Assembly: GCA_043825735.1 (NCBI GenBank)
Contig: JBDRRP010000057.1
Location: 62,001-126,000, forward strand
Reading direction: 5' to 3'
Source: Pseudomonadota bacterium
GTDB lineage: Bacteria; Desulfobacterota; Desulfobacteria; Desulfobacterales; JBDRRP01
Length of the DNA stretch: 64,000 nt
The notes beneath the pieces are model-generated. The model ran no database searches and was not told where the DNA came from. It saw only the letters and a program-made list of their open reading frames with translations. A program made the translations under genes and the position numbers. Below, in pieces: positions 16,993 through 28,433 of the stretch (positions within the stretch are counted from its first letter, which is position 1; every line of letters starts with the position of its first letter).

Positions 16993-19920
16993 TCAGGCCG
17001 GTCCGTCGATCATTACCTGCCGCCATATTCGCGATACCTGGCTGCTGATTTCCCGAAACCGAGAAACGGGCACATCGCCGGGCCGCTCTTCCAGATTCAA
17101 GCGGTGCACCGCCGAGCGATAGGAAAGAAAGGCCTGCTTGAGTAAGCCGGCGGTGTCGAGCGGCAGAACGGAGGTAGTGATGAGCGCTTCCATCTGCCGG
17201 ACATTGTCGGACCACCGGGTGAGTTCGGGATGCCGGCAGGCATGGCGCAGCACCAGGTACTGGACGAGGAATTCGATGTCCACGATGCCGCCGCTGCCCT
17301 GTTTGATGTGGAACCGGTCCGGCTGCGGTGTGAACGACGCCGACCGCATTTTCTCGCGCATTTGGACCACCTCCCGGCGCAGTGTCTCCGGGTCTCTGCT
17401 GCGGGCGATGATGGCATGCCGGATCTGGGTGAATCGGGTGACCATTTCCGGGTCACCGGCAATGGGCCGCGCCCTGACTAGCGCCTGGTGCTCCCAGGTC
17501 CAGGCCTCGGTGCTGAGGTAGTCTGCGTAGGCGTCGATGTGACTGACGAGGATGCCACCGCTGCCGCTGGGACGCAGCCGCATATCGACTTCATAGAGGC
17601 GACCGGCGCGCGTGTGGGTGGTCAGGATGTGGATCATGCGCTGACCGAGGCGGGCGTAGAACTGCGCGTTGTCCAGGCTGCGGGCGCTGCCGTGGCTATT
17701 GCCGCTGTCGGCGGCATGTAAAAAGACCATGTCCAGATCGGCGCCGTAGCCCAGTTCGATCCCGCCCAGCTTTCCGTAACTGATGACGGCAAACCCGGTG
17801 GCCACCGGGCGCCCGTCGACGCTGGCCGAGGGGGTGCCGTGTTTTTGCACCATATGCCGCCAGGAGAGCGACAGGACATTTTCAACCACCACTTCCGCGA
17901 TGTCGGTGAGATGATCGCTGGTGCGCATGAGGGGCAGTGCACCGGTGATGTCGGCGGCAGCCACCCGCAGGGTATTCACATTCTTAAAGATGCACAGCGC
18001 TTCGATCTGGGACTCCAAATCGTCGGGATCGATATCGGCCAGCCGGCGGTCGATTTCCAGCGAAATTTCATGTCGTTGCGGCGGCGTGTAAAGGGTGCGC
18101 GGGTCCAGCAGTTCGTCCAGCAGTACGGGATGCTGGGAAAGAAATGCCATGATCCAGGGGCTGATACCGGCCAGCCGGGTGAGATGGGCCAGCGCCGGAG
18201 GGTTTTCGTTGAGCAGGGACAGATAATTGGTGCGCTGCTGGATCGCCCCCAGCAGATCGATGATGCGGCCCAGCGCGACATCCGGGCGGCTGTTTTCTAC
18301 AGCGGATTCAAGAATCCGCGGTATGAGCCGGTCCAGCCGCGCGCGGCCCTCCCGGCTCAGCGCCCTCGTGCGGGGGTCTGTGCGGTGATGGGCCAGCCGC
18401 TGGATGATGTCCTCGGGCGATGTGAAGCCGGCCTCAGACAGGATGCGCCGGTTGTCATCATCGGCGCTGACGGTTTTCCAGACTGCGCCCAATCTGGCAT
18501 TCTTGTCGCGGCTGGCGTCAGTGTGCGATGTGGGTGAATCCGGGGCGAGCAACTGCCGGAAGTGGCCGTGGACCCGATCCTGGTGAACCGACAGGATGTC
18601 CTCAAACGCCTTCCAGGAAGAAAATCCCATCGCCACGGCCAGTTTGAGCCGCGGGGTGTCATCTTCCGGAAGCGTATGGATCTGCTGGTCGCCGGCCATC
18701 TGCAGGCGGTGCTCCGTGTTGCGAAGAAATCGATAGGCCGCCGTCAGTTCGTGCGCCACCGGCCCGGGGATGCACTCGAGCGCAGCCAACTGGCGAAGAA
18801 TATGCTGGATGGGGCGTGCCTGGAGGGCCGGCGCCACCCCGCCGCGCATGAGCTGAAAAATCTGCCCGAAGAACTCTATTTCCCGGATGCCGCCGGCCCC
18901 CAGCTTCACATGGTGGCGCATCCCCTTTTTCTTTACTTCGAGGCTGATCATGGCCTTCATTTCACGAAGGCTGTCGATGGCGCCGTAGTCGAGATACCGC
19001 CGGTATACGAAAGGCTTTAGGCGCTGCGCCAAATCATCGGCCTGAAGCGGTCGGCCGGTGATCATGCGGGCCTTGATCCAGGCATAGCGTTCCCACTCCC
19101 GGCCCTGGCTCTGGTAGTAGTCTTCCATGGCGTCGAAGCTCATCACCATGGGGCCGTTGTCTCCGTGAGGCCGCAGCCGCGCATCCACGCGAAAGACGAA
19201 CCCGTCGGCGGTTGTCGCTCCGATGACCCGGATCAGCTGCCGGGACAGGCGGGTGAAGAACTCTTCGCAGGAGATGGGCGCCCCGCCGTCGGTCTCACCG
19301 GGCTCGGGAAAGGCAAAAATGATGTCGATGTCAGAAGAGAAGTTGAGTTCCCCCGCACCCAGCTTACCCATGGCAATGATGACCAGTTGCTGCCGGGAAC
19401 CTGCGCTGTCGCGGGGCTCCCCGTGGCGGCCGGCGAGCCATTGGTGAAGGACGGCAAGGGTCTGTTGAATGCAGGCGTCGGCAAAGGCGGACAACTCGGC
19501 GACGGTATCTTCAAGGGAGGCCTTTGCGGCCAGGTCCCGGTAGGCGATGCGGATCATCTCCCGCTGGCGGATGCGCCGTAGCGCCTGCATGAGGGTCGCT
19601 TCATCCGGGCACGCGGCGACGGCCGCTGCCACGGCCCGGGAGTAGTAATCCGGTGGGCGCGCGTTGTCCAGATACCCGGGCGTGGCCAGATCGGTCAGCA
19701 GCGACGGCGTTCTGAAAAGACTTCGGTAGACGAAATCCGACAGGGTCATGACCCTGCCTGCCGAAGGGGCGATGGCGTTGGGCGGCAGCGGCAGACCGGC
19801 GCCGGCGGCGGCAGCGCAAACGGCCTCCCATCGGTACGCCGACTCCGTGGTCAGCGCGGCCGGCCACTCGGCTAGCGGGCGGATCGGTCCGGCATCGGCC
19901 GGCGCCTCACTGCTTGACAT
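16993..19920 (-). CDS. glnE: Bifunctional glutamine synthetase adenylyltransferase/adenylyl-removing enzyme
   Basis: Two NTase domains: MGKLGAGELNFSSDID...FRVDARLRP and YGKLGGIELGYGADLD...YEVDMRLRPSG. Confidence 0.95.
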   Translation of the reverse strand: MSSSEAPADAGPIRPLAEWPAALTTESAYRWEAVCAAAAGAGLPLPPNAIAPSAGRVMTLSDFVYRSLFRTPSLLTDLATPGYLDNARPPDYYSRAVAAAVAACPDEATLMQALRRIRQREMIRIAYRDLAAKASLEDTVAELSAFADACIQQTLAVLHQWLAGRHGEPRDSAGSRQQLVIIAMGKLGAGELNFSSDIDIIFAFPEPGETDGGAPISCEEFFTRLSRQLIRVIGATTADGFVFRVDARLRPHGDNGPMVMSFDAMEDYYQSQGREWERYAWIKARMITGRPLQADDLAQRLKPFVYRRYLDYGAIDSLREMKAMISLEVKKKGMRHHVKLGAGGIREIEFFGQIFQLMRGGVAPALQARPIQHILRQLAALECIPGPVAHELTAAYRFLRNTEHRLQMAGDQQIHTLPEDDTPRLKLAVAMGFSSWKAFEDILSVHQDRVHGHFRQLLAPDSPTSHTDASRDKNARLGAVWKTVSADDDNRRILSEAGFTSPEDIIQRLAHHRTDPRTRALSREGRARLDRLIPRILESAVENSRPDVALGRIIDLLGAIQQRTNYLSLLNENPPALAHLTRLAGISPWIMAFLSQHPVLLDELLDPRTLYTPPQRHEISLEIDRRLADIDPDDLESQIEALCIFKNVNTLRVAAADITGALPLMRTSDHLTDIAEVVVENVLSLSWRHMVQKHGTPSASVDGRPVATGFAVISYGKLGGIELGYGADLDMVFLHAADSGNSHGSARSLDNAQFYARLGQRMIHILTTHTRAGRLYEVDMRLRPSGSGGILVSHIDAYADYLSTEAWTWEHQALVRARPIAGDPEMVTRFTQIRHAIIARSRDPETLRREVVQMREKMRSASFTPQPDRFHIKQGSGGIVDIEFLVQYLVLRHACRHPELTRWSDNVRQMEALITTSVLPLDTAGLLKQAFLSYRSAVHRLNLEERPGDVPVSRFREISSQVSRIWRQVMIDGPA

Positions 19921-21247
19921 ATCCCCACTCGACCAGGCGGCGGTAGGCATACTGGGCTTCATCGCCTTCTCTGACTTTTTGCAGAAAACCGTAAAAATCC
20001 TTGGCGGCCGCTTCCCGGCGTCCCATCCCCTCGTAAGCCCGGCCGCGCAGATACTGGATCTGCGGGTTTCCGGGGAAGATCTTGTCGTAGGCGGTGAGCG
20101 ACGCCAGGGCATCCTCGTATTTTTTTGTCTGGATGGCGGCATAACCGCCCAGGTAGTGGGCCTGGGCCTCCTGCGGGTAGACGGCGGCGGCCTGGCGCGT
20201 ATACCCGGCGGCCTCGGAAAATTTCTTCTGTGCGATCTGGTTCTTGGCCATCACCACCAGTGCCGTGTAATCCTCGGGGGCGGCCTTGAGGGCGCTGCGG
20301 TATTCCTTCTCTGCCACATCGAGCGTGTTTTGCGCCATGGCCGCATCGCCGCGCTGCATGGCCTCGATGGCCGGCGCCTGGGCCCTTACGCCGGCGATGT
20401 TGTCCATGTAGCGCTCCCGGTAGCGGGGCAACCCTTTTTTAGCGGCATACTGGGTGTTGACTTCCCGCACCGCCGTCTCGTAGCGCTCACTGCTCATGGG
20501 GTGGGTGGCGAACATCAACTCGATGGCGTTGCTCTTGTGGGTGTTCATGGTGTTGAGCATGTCCATGAGGCCGATGAACCCGTCGGCCCCGTATCCGGCC
20601 CGGGTCATGTAGGCAAGACCCAGCGCGTCGGCTTCGCGCTCGTTGGCGCGGCTGTAGGTGGCCAGCAGCGCCCCGGCGCCAAGCATTCCGACCTGGGCGG
20701 CGATGTCGCCGTAAAGTCGCCCCTGGGTGCCGGCGGCGATGGCCAGCCCGCCGATGACGGCCTGGGTGAGGGTGCCCTTGGACATCTGCTGGGCGGTGTG
20801 GCGGGAGTTCACGTGCCCCAGCTCGTGCCCCAGCAGCGATGCCAGCTCCGCCTCGTCGCCAAGTTTGAGCAGAATCCCCCGGGTGACGCCGATACTGCCG
20901 CCGGGAAAGGCGTAGGCGTTGATGTAGACGGCGTTGACCACCTCGAACCGGTAGGGCATCTGGGGCCGGTGGGTGATGACGGCCAGGCGTTTTCCCGTCT
21001 CGGCCATGTAGGCGGTCAGCCGGGTGTCCTGGGTGACGCCGTAATCGGCGGAAAACTGGTGAGGGCTGTTTTCCCGGTCGAGCTGGATTTCCTCACCTTC
21101 GGAGACCAGCATCAGCTGCGACTGGCCCGTGACCGGGTTGGCGGCGCAGCCGGTGAGCAGGCCGGCCCCTGCCAGCGCCGACATTCCAATAAACTGGCGG
21201 CGGGTGCAGCCAATTCCGTGATCGCTGGTGTCATGACGCGCCTGCAT
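19907..21247 (-). CDS. M48 family metallopeptidase with TPR repeats (BepA-like), Tat-type lipoprotein signal
   Basis: TRRQFIG...LTGC; NAYAFPGG; HELGH; YSRANEREAD; THP; C-terminal TPRs. Confidence 0.9.
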   Translation of the reverse strand: MQARHDTSDHGIGCTRRQFIGMSALAGAGLLTGCAANPVTGQSQLMLVSEGEEIQLDRENSPHQFSADYGVTQDTRLTAYMAETGKRLAVITHRPQMPYRFEVVNAVYINAYAFPGGSIGVTRGILLKLGDEAELASLLGHELGHVNSRHTAQQMSKGTLTQAVIGGLAIAAGTQGRLYGDIAAQVGMLGAGALLATYSRANEREADALGLAYMTRAGYGADGFIGLMDMLNTMNTHKSNAIELMFATHPMSSERYETAVREVNTQYAAKKGLPRYRERYMDNIAGVRAQAPAIEAMQRGDAAMAQNTLDVAEKEYRSALKAAPEDYTALVVMAKNQIAQKKFSEAAGYTRQAAAVYPQEAQAHYLGGYAAIQTKKYEDALASLTAYDKIFPGNPQIQYLRGRAYEGMGRREAAAKDFYGFLQKVREGDEAQYAYRRLVEWGYVKQ

Positions 21248-21534
21248 TACAACCTCCCGGGTTTTTGGGTTATGACAAGCGGATTCACGGCATCTTAGGA
21301 AGGCCTCCATGGGGTGTCAACCCCGGGGCGTTCTAATGATCAATCGCCGGGAAGACAGCGACGGTGCCGCGGGCCTGCCCGCTTCGCGTCAGATGGTGCC
21401 CCCGAGCAGGTCCGGTCAGTCAAAATTGTAACAATTTCGAGAGAAAAAATACGGATTCGTCTTTTTCGTCGGGTTCCAGCGCCGGTGACGATAAAAGTCG
21501 TTGTAATTCCGGATGATTCGGGATGAGGTGGGTG

Positions 21535-21550
21535 TGGCATACATGTTGCA
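21535..21550 (+). promoter_or_regulatory. Candidate sigma-54 promoter upstream of the glutamate synthase cluster
   Basis: TGGCAT-ACATG-TTGCA. Confidence 0.55.
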
Positions 21551-21811
21551 AAACTCTCCAAGCGCGGCTGCTGCGCCATCCCGCCGCATCGATTGCCGCC
21601 GCCCCCCCGTTGCCACGCATCCTGATCTGACGCACCGGGTATCTCCCATTTGTGTGGACATTGCCTCTTTCTTAGGTGCCCACCCGGGGTCGGCGCATTT
21701 TGTAGCGGCGGCGCATTCGCCGCCGGTGGCATTGACTTTATAGAAATTTGCCCGCATAAAAAAAGTTTACGTTTTTTGCGGGGTAATCCGTACTCAAGCG
21801 AGGAGCCTGAT

Positions 21812-22942
21812 ATGTGTCGTCTGTTTGCCATCACCAGTGACGAACCATTGTCACCGCTGGTAGCGCTGGAGGCCCTGGACGTCATGCGCGAAGGCCATGA
21901 CGGTTCCGGCGTGGGCCTGTTTTTGCGCGATCTTTCCGGACCCTTCGACGAGATGAAGGACGCGCCCATCTTGTCCGGCATCTTTACCGACGCGGGCTTG
22001 AAGCGTCTGGACCGGTTTATGATGGATATCGGTTTCACCACCAAATTCAAGGTGTCCATCAAGGTGCCGCGGACACCGCCGGCCGGCACACCCAAGCGGG
22101 ACGTCTATCTGGTCCGCGCTTACGAATACCCCGAGGAGTGGGATGATTTCTCCCAAAGCGAGCGTCTGCTACGGCTCACCGACATCCGCCTTTCCCTCAG
22201 GGTCATGGGCGAAGCCGAACAGGACATGATCGTTTTCAGCTTCTGGCCCGATGTCATCATGATCAAGGAAATCGGCGATCCCATGGCGGTGGCCCGGCAC
22301 CTCCAGCTCGACAGAAAGGAGCTCTACGCCCGGATCATCATGGCCCAGGGCCGCCAGAACACCAACTACGCCATCAATCTTTATGCCTGCCATCCGTTTT
22401 TCATCCAGGGGTTCTCCACGATGACCAACGGTGAGAACACGGCTTTCATTCCCATCCGGGATTACCTCATGAGCCGGGGGGTCAAAGGTTACACCGGCTA
22501 CCAGTCAGACTCGGAGGTGTTCACCCACATCCTGCATTACACCATCCATCACCTGGGACTGGGCCTCGAGGCCTACAAACACATCATCACGCCGCTGCAG
22601 CAGGACGATCTGGCCGCTCACCCCGACGCCGGTTTTCTCAATCAGCTCAAGCAATCTTGCCGCCGGCTGATCATCGACGGTCCCAATTGCGTGATCGGCA
22701 GCATGGTGGACCACAGTCTTTTCATGTTGCAGGACCGCAAAAAACTGCGCCCGGGCGTGGTCGGCGGCCGGCCCGGCCGCTGGGCCTTTTCTTCGGAGAT
22801 CTGCGGGCTCGACGCCGCCATTGCCAATCGGGACAAGGACAAGGATTTTCAACCCATGTATCTGGACACCGCCATCGTCGGGCCGGATCGTCAGGAGGTG
22901 CGGATATGCCGTCAAACCGACCCATTGAACCTTCCACACTGA
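21812..22942 (+). CDS. Class II (Ntn) glutamine amidotransferase, glutamate synthase amidotransferase subunit
   Basis: N-terminal MCRLFA; GRQNTN; CHPF; TNGE; SDSE; DRKKLRP. Confidence 0.88.
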   Translation: MCRLFAITSDEPLSPLVALEALDVMREGHDGSGVGLFLRDLSGPFDEMKDAPILSGIFTDAGLKRLDRFMMDIGFTTKFKVSIKVPRTPPAGTPKRDVYLVRAYEYPEEWDDFSQSERLLRLTDIRLSLRVMGEAEQDMIVFSFWPDVIMIKEIGDPMAVARHLQLDRKELYARIIMAQGRQNTNYAINLYACHPFFIQGFSTMTNGENTAFIPIRDYLMSRGVKGYTGYQSDSEVFTHILHYTIHHLGLGLEAYKHIITPLQQDDLAAHPDAGFLNQLKQSCRRLIIDGPNCVIGSMVDHSLFMLQDRKKLRPGVVGGRPGRWAFSSEICGLDAAIANRDKDKDFQPMYLDTAIVGPDRQEVRICRQTDPLNLPH

Positions 22943-24540
22943 GTGTGAAGGATCTGCCCTGGCAGATCCTGTGGAGCAAGGAAAAGTGCACGCTGTGCGG
23001 CAGCTGCACGGCGGTCTGTCCCGTCAACGCCATCGAGCTGGGCACGTTCCGAAAGCGCCGCATTCAGGTATCCCTGGAGGCCGGCGCCACCCAGTCCTCC
23101 ACCGCGGACACCTACTACGGCATTCGCCAGAAAACCGATCCGGCCTACCACTGCGTGGGGTGCGCCATGTGTACTCTGGTGTGTCCCAACGATGCCATCA
23201 TGCCGGCGCATTCCGACGAAAGCGACAAGCTGCGCTATCACATCAACCGCGGCGGGCAGCCCCGGCGTCGGGGCGGCCGCAGAAACGCACCCGGCGGCGT
23301 GCTGGACCGGATCAAGTTCATCCGGATTTCCATGCTTACCGACCCGGCCCTGGACGCCGGCCGTCACGAGTTTGAGCTGCGCACGCTGCTGGGACGGGTC
23401 CTGCCGCCGGAGGCGAGTATCCGTTTCTATCGGGAAAACGGCTGGGTGCCGCCGGTGCGGGAGATCTATCCCCTGCTGATCGGCGGCATGTCTTTCGGTG
23501 CGCTCTCTCCGAACATGTGGGAGGGGCTCCAGATGGGGGTGGCCTACCTCAACGAGCAGCTCGGGATGCCCGTGCGCATTTGCACCGGTGAAGGCGGATG
23601 CCCGCCGCGCCTGCTCCGGAGCCGGTTTCTCAAGTATGTCATCCTTCAGATCGCCAGCGGCTATTTCGGTTGGGACGAAATCATCCACGCCATCCCGGAT
23701 ATGAAGGAAGACCCCTGTGCGGTGGAGATCAAGTACGGCCAGGGGGCCAAGCCCGGCGACGGCGGACTGCTCATGTGGAACAAGGTGAACCAGCTCATCG
23801 CCGCCATCCGCGGTGTGCCCGCCGGCGTGAGCCTTCCCAGCCCCCCCACTCACCAGACCCAGTACTCCATCGAGGAGTCGGTGGCCAAAATGATCCAGTC
23901 CATGCACATGGCCTGGGGCTTCAGGGTGCCGGTGTACCCGAAGATTTCAGCGAGCACCACGTCCATGGCCGTTTTAAACAACCTCACCCGAAATCCTTAC
24001 GCGGCCGGACTGGCCATCGACGGCGAAGACGGGGGCACCGGTGCGGCCTACAGCGTGAGCATGGATCACATGGGCCATCCCATCGCCAGCAATGTCAGGG
24101 ATTGCTACCTGGAACTGGTGGCCCAGGGTCGCCAGAACGAGATCCCAATCTTTGCCGGCGGCGGTATCGGAAAATCCGGCAATCTGGCCGCCAACGCCGC
24201 GGCCATGATCATGCTGGGCGCCAGCGGGGTTCAGATCGGTAAATACGTCATGCAGGCCGCAGCCGGTTGTCTCGGCAGCGAGAGCGACCGGTGCAATATC
24301 TGCAACATCGGCGCCTGCCCCAAGGGCATCACATCCCAGGACCCGCGGCTTTACCGGCGCCTGGACGTGGAAAAAGTGGCCGAGCGCGTGGTGGACCTCT
24401 ATCTGAGTTTCGACACCGAGCTCAGAAAGATCGTGGCGCCGCTGGGGCGATCCACCTCACTGCCCATCGGCATGAGCGATGCGCTGGGGATCGACGACAA
24501 GGCGGCGGCCGACCGGCTGCAGATCCGCTATGTGGTCTGA
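22906..24540 (+). CDS. gltB: Glutamate synthase FMN-binding subunit with N-terminal 2[4Fe-4S] ferredoxin domain
   Basis: Two CxxCxxCxxxCP motifs; MSFGALS; TGEGG; EIKYGQGAKPGDGG; GGTGAA; CPKGITSQ. Confidence 0.9.
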   Translation: MPSNRPIEPSTLSVKDLPWQILWSKEKCTLCGSCTAVCPVNAIELGTFRKRRIQVSLEAGATQSSTADTYYGIRQKTDPAYHCVGCAMCTLVCPNDAIMPAHSDESDKLRYHINRGGQPRRRGGRRNAPGGVLDRIKFIRISMLTDPALDAGRHEFELRTLLGRVLPPEASIRFYRENGWVPPVREIYPLLIGGMSFGALSPNMWEGLQMGVAYLNEQLGMPVRICTGEGGCPPRLLRSRFLKYVILQIASGYFGWDEIIHAIPDMKEDPCAVEIKYGQGAKPGDGGLLMWNKVNQLIAAIRGVPAGVSLPSPPTHQTQYSIEESVAKMIQSMHMAWGFRVPVYPKISASTTSMAVLNNLTRNPYAAGLAIDGEDGGTGAAYSVSMDHMGHPIASNVRDCYLELVAQGRQNEIPIFAGGGIGKSGNLAANAAAMIMLGASGVQIGKYVMQAAAGCLGSESDRCNICNIGACPKGITSQDPRLYRRLDVEKVAERVVDLYLSFDTELRKIVAPLGRSTSLPIGMSDALGIDDKAAADRLQIRYVV

Positions 24541-24567
24541 TCGCGCTAGCGGAACAGATGCTCGGTG

Positions 24568-24738
24568 AACCACGAAGGACACGAAGCGCACGAAGAAAAA
24601 CATAAAAAGGCGAAACCTCTCGCAAAGTCGCCGATAGACAGACTCACGGCCTTGAGCGAAGTCGAAGGGCAAAGATCGCGAAGCTAACGCGGTCATATTA
24701 AAGATGCTTTTCTTGGCGCGCTTGGCAGCTTTGCGAGA
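24568..24738. repeat. Cluster of nested periodic palindromic repeats
   Basis: AACCACGAAGGACACGAAGCGCACGAAG half element; TCTCGCAAAG...CTTTGCGAGA element at 24618-24738 with an insert in its left arm. Confidence 0.7.
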
Positions 24739-24822
24739 AAATTGCTTTTGTAGAGCCGATTGAAGCAAAAAATACAAATGCCGGGCCTCACGGCGCCGGT
24801 TGATAGTTAGGAGAGGCATCCT

Positions 24823-27156
24823 ATGAGCGATCAACAGGTGGCCATCATTCATGGCAAACAGATGGGCAGCCGGGTGGATTCCCGTCTTGTGGAGGAAGCG
24901 TTGCAGGCCGCCGTTGCCCAGGGGCATAACCGGATCACGGTCAACGCGTTCGGCCAGCACGGTCTCGGGGGGCGGTTGTGGCGCGAGGACAAGGCGCCGA
25001 TTTTCATTACGATTGAAGGGCCCAGCGGACAACGGTTGGGTTCCATGGGATTTCCCGGCACCCACATCGACGTTCACGGCCCGGCTTCCGACGATGTCGG
25101 CTGGCTCAATGCCGGCGCCGAGATCACCATCCACGGCAACGCCGGCAACGGCGTGGGCAACGGCATGGCCCAGGGATGCATCGCCATCGCCGGCAGCATC
25201 GGTGCCCGCGGCATGACCATGACCAAGCAGAACCCGCGCTTTGCGCCGCCCGAGCTCTGGGTGCTCGGCTCGGTGGGGGATTACTTCGGCGAGTTCATGG
25301 CCGGCGGTATCGCGGTGATCTGCGGGCATGACGCCCAGACGCCGGACAATGTCCTGGGCTATCGCCCGTTTGTGGGCATGGTCGGCGGCAAGGTGTTTTT
25401 TTGCGGCCCCCACAAGGGCTACAGCCAGGCGGACGCCAAAAGTCTGCCCATTTCAGATGCGGACTGGGCGTGGTTGGAGACGCATCTGGCGGACTTCTTA
25501 AAACGGATCCGGCGCGAAGAACTGCTGCCCGCGCTGTGTGTCCGCGGCGTCTGGCAGATGCTCGTCGCCCGGACCCCCCAGGAAAAAGTCAGCCAGCAGC
25601 GGCTGTCCATGTCGGCGTTTCATGCCGCGGTGTGGGATGCCGAGCTGGGCGCCGGCGGCCTCATCGGAGACCTCACCGATCTCGATCGCAGTACCATTCC
25701 GCTGGTACCTTCGGGCGATATGCGCCGGTTCGTGCCGGTGTGGGAAAACCGCAAGTACGCCGCTCCCTGCGAGGCCACCTGCCCCACCGGGATTCCTGTT
25801 CATGATCGCTGGCGGCTGATCCGCGAGGGACGCATCGACGAGGCCGTGGATATGGCGCTGGCCTACACGCCGTTTCCGGCAACGGTGTGCGGCTATCTTT
25901 GCCCGAATCCCTGCATGGCGGCCTGCACCCGGCATTCCAATTTTATGGTGCCGGTGGACACGACCGCCATCGGCAAGGCCAGTCTTACGGCCGCGTTGCC
26001 GCCCATGCCGGCGCCTTCCGGCCACCGCATCGCCGTCATCGGCGGTGGGCCGGCAGGCATTTCAACGGCTTGGCAGCTGCGCCAGCACGGCCACGAGGCA
26101 ACGGTTTTTGATATGGCTTCGGTGCTGGGGGGCAAGATCACATCGGCCATTCCCGGCAGCCGCATTCCCGCCGAGGTGGTGGAGACTGAGCTGGAACGGA
26201 TCCGCAGTGTGATTCCGCACGTCAACCTGCAGCAGCGGCTGACCGAAAAAGACTTCGCCCAGCTCAGGGAGGACTACGATTTCGTGGTGGTGGCCGTGGG
26301 CGCCGGCAAGCCGCGCTCGCTGCCGGTGCCCGGCAACACGCGGCTCGCCGCCGCGCTCGATTTTCTCAGCGATGCCAAGGCCGGCAAGGCCAAAGTAGGA
26401 AAATCGGTGGTGATCATCGGCGCCGGCAACGTGGGATGCGATGTGGCCACCGAGGCCCACCGGTTGGGGGCCGAGCGGATCGTGCTCATCGACATCCAGG
26501 CACCGGCATCCTTCGGCAAGGAGCGCCAAGCCGCCGAAGCCATCGGCGCGCGCTTCCGCTGGCCCTGCTTCACCAAGGAGATCACCCCCAAGGGAGTGCT
26601 GCTGAGCACCGGTGAACTGCTGCCCGCAGATACGGTGGTGGTGAGCATCGGCGATGCCCCGGATATCGATTTTCTGCCCGTCGCGGTTGCCAGAGCGCGC
26701 GGATTCATTACGGTGGATGCAACCGGTCAGACGTCCGATCCCAAGGTGTTTGCCATTGGCGATGCGGTCAAGCCGGGGTTGATCACCGATGCCATCGGCG
26801 CCGGGAGAAAGGCCGCCGCCGCCATCGACGACATCCTGGCCGGGCGCCGCCCGACATGGGATGCGCGGCAAATGATCGACACGCGGCGCATCACGCTGGA
26901 ATACTTTGATCCGCGGGTGACCGAATATGAGGGCGTGGCCCACTGCGGGGCCCAGTGTTCCTCCTGCGGCGCGTGCCGCGATTGCGGCATCTGCGTGGCC
27001 GTTTGCCCCCAGGCCGCCATCAGCCGGCAGGAGAGAGACGATGCCACCGGTTACGAATATGCGGTGGATCCGGACCGGTGCATCGGCTGCGGATTCTGTG
27101 CCGGCGCCTGCCCTTGCGGCATCTGGGATCTGGTGGAAAATACACCTATCGGGTAG
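24823..27156 (+). CDS. Fused GXGXG (GltB C-terminal) and GltD-like FAD/NAD(P)H Fe-S oxidoreductase
   Basis: GXGXG repeats (GQRLGSMG, GNAGNGVG, GEFMAGG); [28 protein letters not shown]-terminal ferredoxin motifs. Confidence 0.88.
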   Translation: MSDQQVAIIHGKQMGSRVDSRLVEEALQAAVAQGHNRITVNAFGQHGLGGRLWREDKAPIFITIEGPSGQRLGSMGFPGTHIDVHGPASDDVGWLNAGAEITIHGNAGNGVGNGMAQGCIAIAGSIGARGMTMTKQNPRFAPPELWVLGSVGDYFGEFMAGGIAVICGHDAQTPDNVLGYRPFVGMVGGKVFFCGPHKGYSQADAKSLPISDADWAWLETHLADFLKRIRREELLPALCVRGVWQMLVARTPQEKVSQQRLSMSAFHAAVWDAELGAGGLIGDLTDLDRSTIPLVPSGDMRRFVPVWENRKYAAPCEATCPTGIPVHDRWRLIREGRIDEAVDMALAYTPFPATVCGYLCPNPCMAACTRHSNFMVPVDTTAIGKASLTAALPPMPAPSGHRIAVIGGGPAGISTAWQLRQHGHEATVFDMASVLGGKITSAIPGSRIPAEVVETELERIRSVIPHVNLQQRLTEKDFAQLREDYDFVVVAVGAGKPRSLPVPGNTRLAAALDFLSDAKAGKAKVGKSVVIIGAGNVGCDVATEAHRLGAERIVLIDIQAPASFGKERQAAEAIGARFRWPCFTKEITPKGVLLSTGELLPADTVVVSIGDAPDIDFLPVAVARARGFITVDATGQTSDPKVFAIGDAVKPGLITDAIGAGRKAAAAIDDILAGRRPTWDARQMIDTRRITLEYFDPRVTEYEGVAHCGAQCSSCGACRDCGICVAVCPQAAISRQERDDATGYEYAVDPDRCIGCGFCAGACPCGIWDLVENTPIG

Positions 27157-27269
27157 GAAAATTATTTGATAAATGTTGGATTTCGTCCACTGACGCTTTG
27201 CCGGTAGCGGTCATTTTATGATACAGACCGCGTCACCATGAACAGCCACCAGTGCAACCGGACAACACT

Positions 27270-28412
27270 ATGAGAGCGATACTGGCCCTTGAAGACGGCA
27301 GGACTTTTGACTGCCGCAGTTTCACCGGCGCGGGAGAGACCGGCGGCGAGGTGGTGTTCAACACCGCCATGAGCGGCTATCAGGAAGTGCTCACCGATCC
27401 GTCCTACAGCGGCCAGATGGTCACCATGACTTACCCGCTCATGGGCAATTACGGGGTGAACCCTGAAGATGTGGAATCCGGGCGCGTGCAGGTGGCGGCG
27501 TTCATCGTCAAGGAATATCAGCCGCACTACAGCAACTTCAGGGCCACCCAGTCGCTGGCCGACTATTTGTCTTCCCAGCGCGTCATGGGAATCGAGGATC
27601 TGGACACGCGGGCGCTGACCTTGCACCTGCGTACCCACGGGGCCATGCGCGGATTCATGTCCACCACGGTAACCGGTCCGGAGGCCGCTGTGGCACGCGC
27701 CCGGCAACTGCCGAGCATGGTGGGGCAGGATCTGGTGTGTCGGGTGACCACCGACACCGCCTTTCTCTGGAAGGATGGAAAGCCCCTGCCGCTGGCGGCG
27801 GGCCGCGAGGCCTTGGCTGCCGATATCTGGTCGGCGGGCGATCCGCGGCCCCGCGTGGTGGCTTTCGATTTCGGCATCAAGTTCAACATCCTCAGGTTGC
27901 TCGAAAACGCCGGTTTCGCCGTCCTCGTGGTGCCGGCCACCACTTCGGCCACCGACGTGAAGGCCTTGGCGCCGGACGGAATTTTCTTGTCCAATGGACC
28001 CGGCGATCCGGAGCCCGTGACCTATGCCATCGAGACCGTCCGCGCGCTCATCGGCTATCGCCCCATATTCGGTATCTGCCTGGGGGTGCAGCTTCTCGGC
28101 CTGGCATTGGGCGGCAAAACCTACAAGCTCAAGTTCGGCCACCGGGGAATCAACCAGCCGGTCAAGGACCTGAAGACCGGCCGAATCGAAGTGACGAGTC
28201 AGAATCACGGGTTCGTGGTGGACATCGACAGCCTGGCCCACGAAGACGTGGAGATCACCCACGTCAACTTAAATGACGGCACCCTCGAGGGGTTCCGGCA
28301 CCTGAAGCATCCGTTATTTGCCGTTCAGCACCACCCTGAAGCCGCACCGGGGCCACACGACGCCGCGCATTTGTTTGACCGGTTTCGCCGCCTGGTTGAA
28401 GACTACCGATAA
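27270..28412 (+). CDS. carA: Carbamoyl-phosphate synthase small subunit
   Basis: [45 protein letters not shown]. Confidence 0.97.
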   Translation: MRAILALEDGRTFDCRSFTGAGETGGEVVFNTAMSGYQEVLTDPSYSGQMVTMTYPLMGNYGVNPEDVESGRVQVAAFIVKEYQPHYSNFRATQSLADYLSSQRVMGIEDLDTRALTLHLRTHGAMRGFMSTTVTGPEAAVARARQLPSMVGQDLVCRVTTDTAFLWKDGKPLPLAAGREALAADIWSAGDPRPRVVAFDFGIKFNILRLLENAGFAVLVVPATTSATDVKALAPDGIFLSNGPGDPEPVTYAIETVRALIGYRPIFGICLGVQLLGLALGGKTYKLKFGHRGINQPVKDLKTGRIEVTSQNHGFVVDIDSLAHEDVEITHVNLNDGTLEGFRHLKHPLFAVQHHPEAAPGPHDAAHLFDRFRRLVEDYR

Positions 28413-28433
28413 CTTTTTCCCCAGCAGACAGCC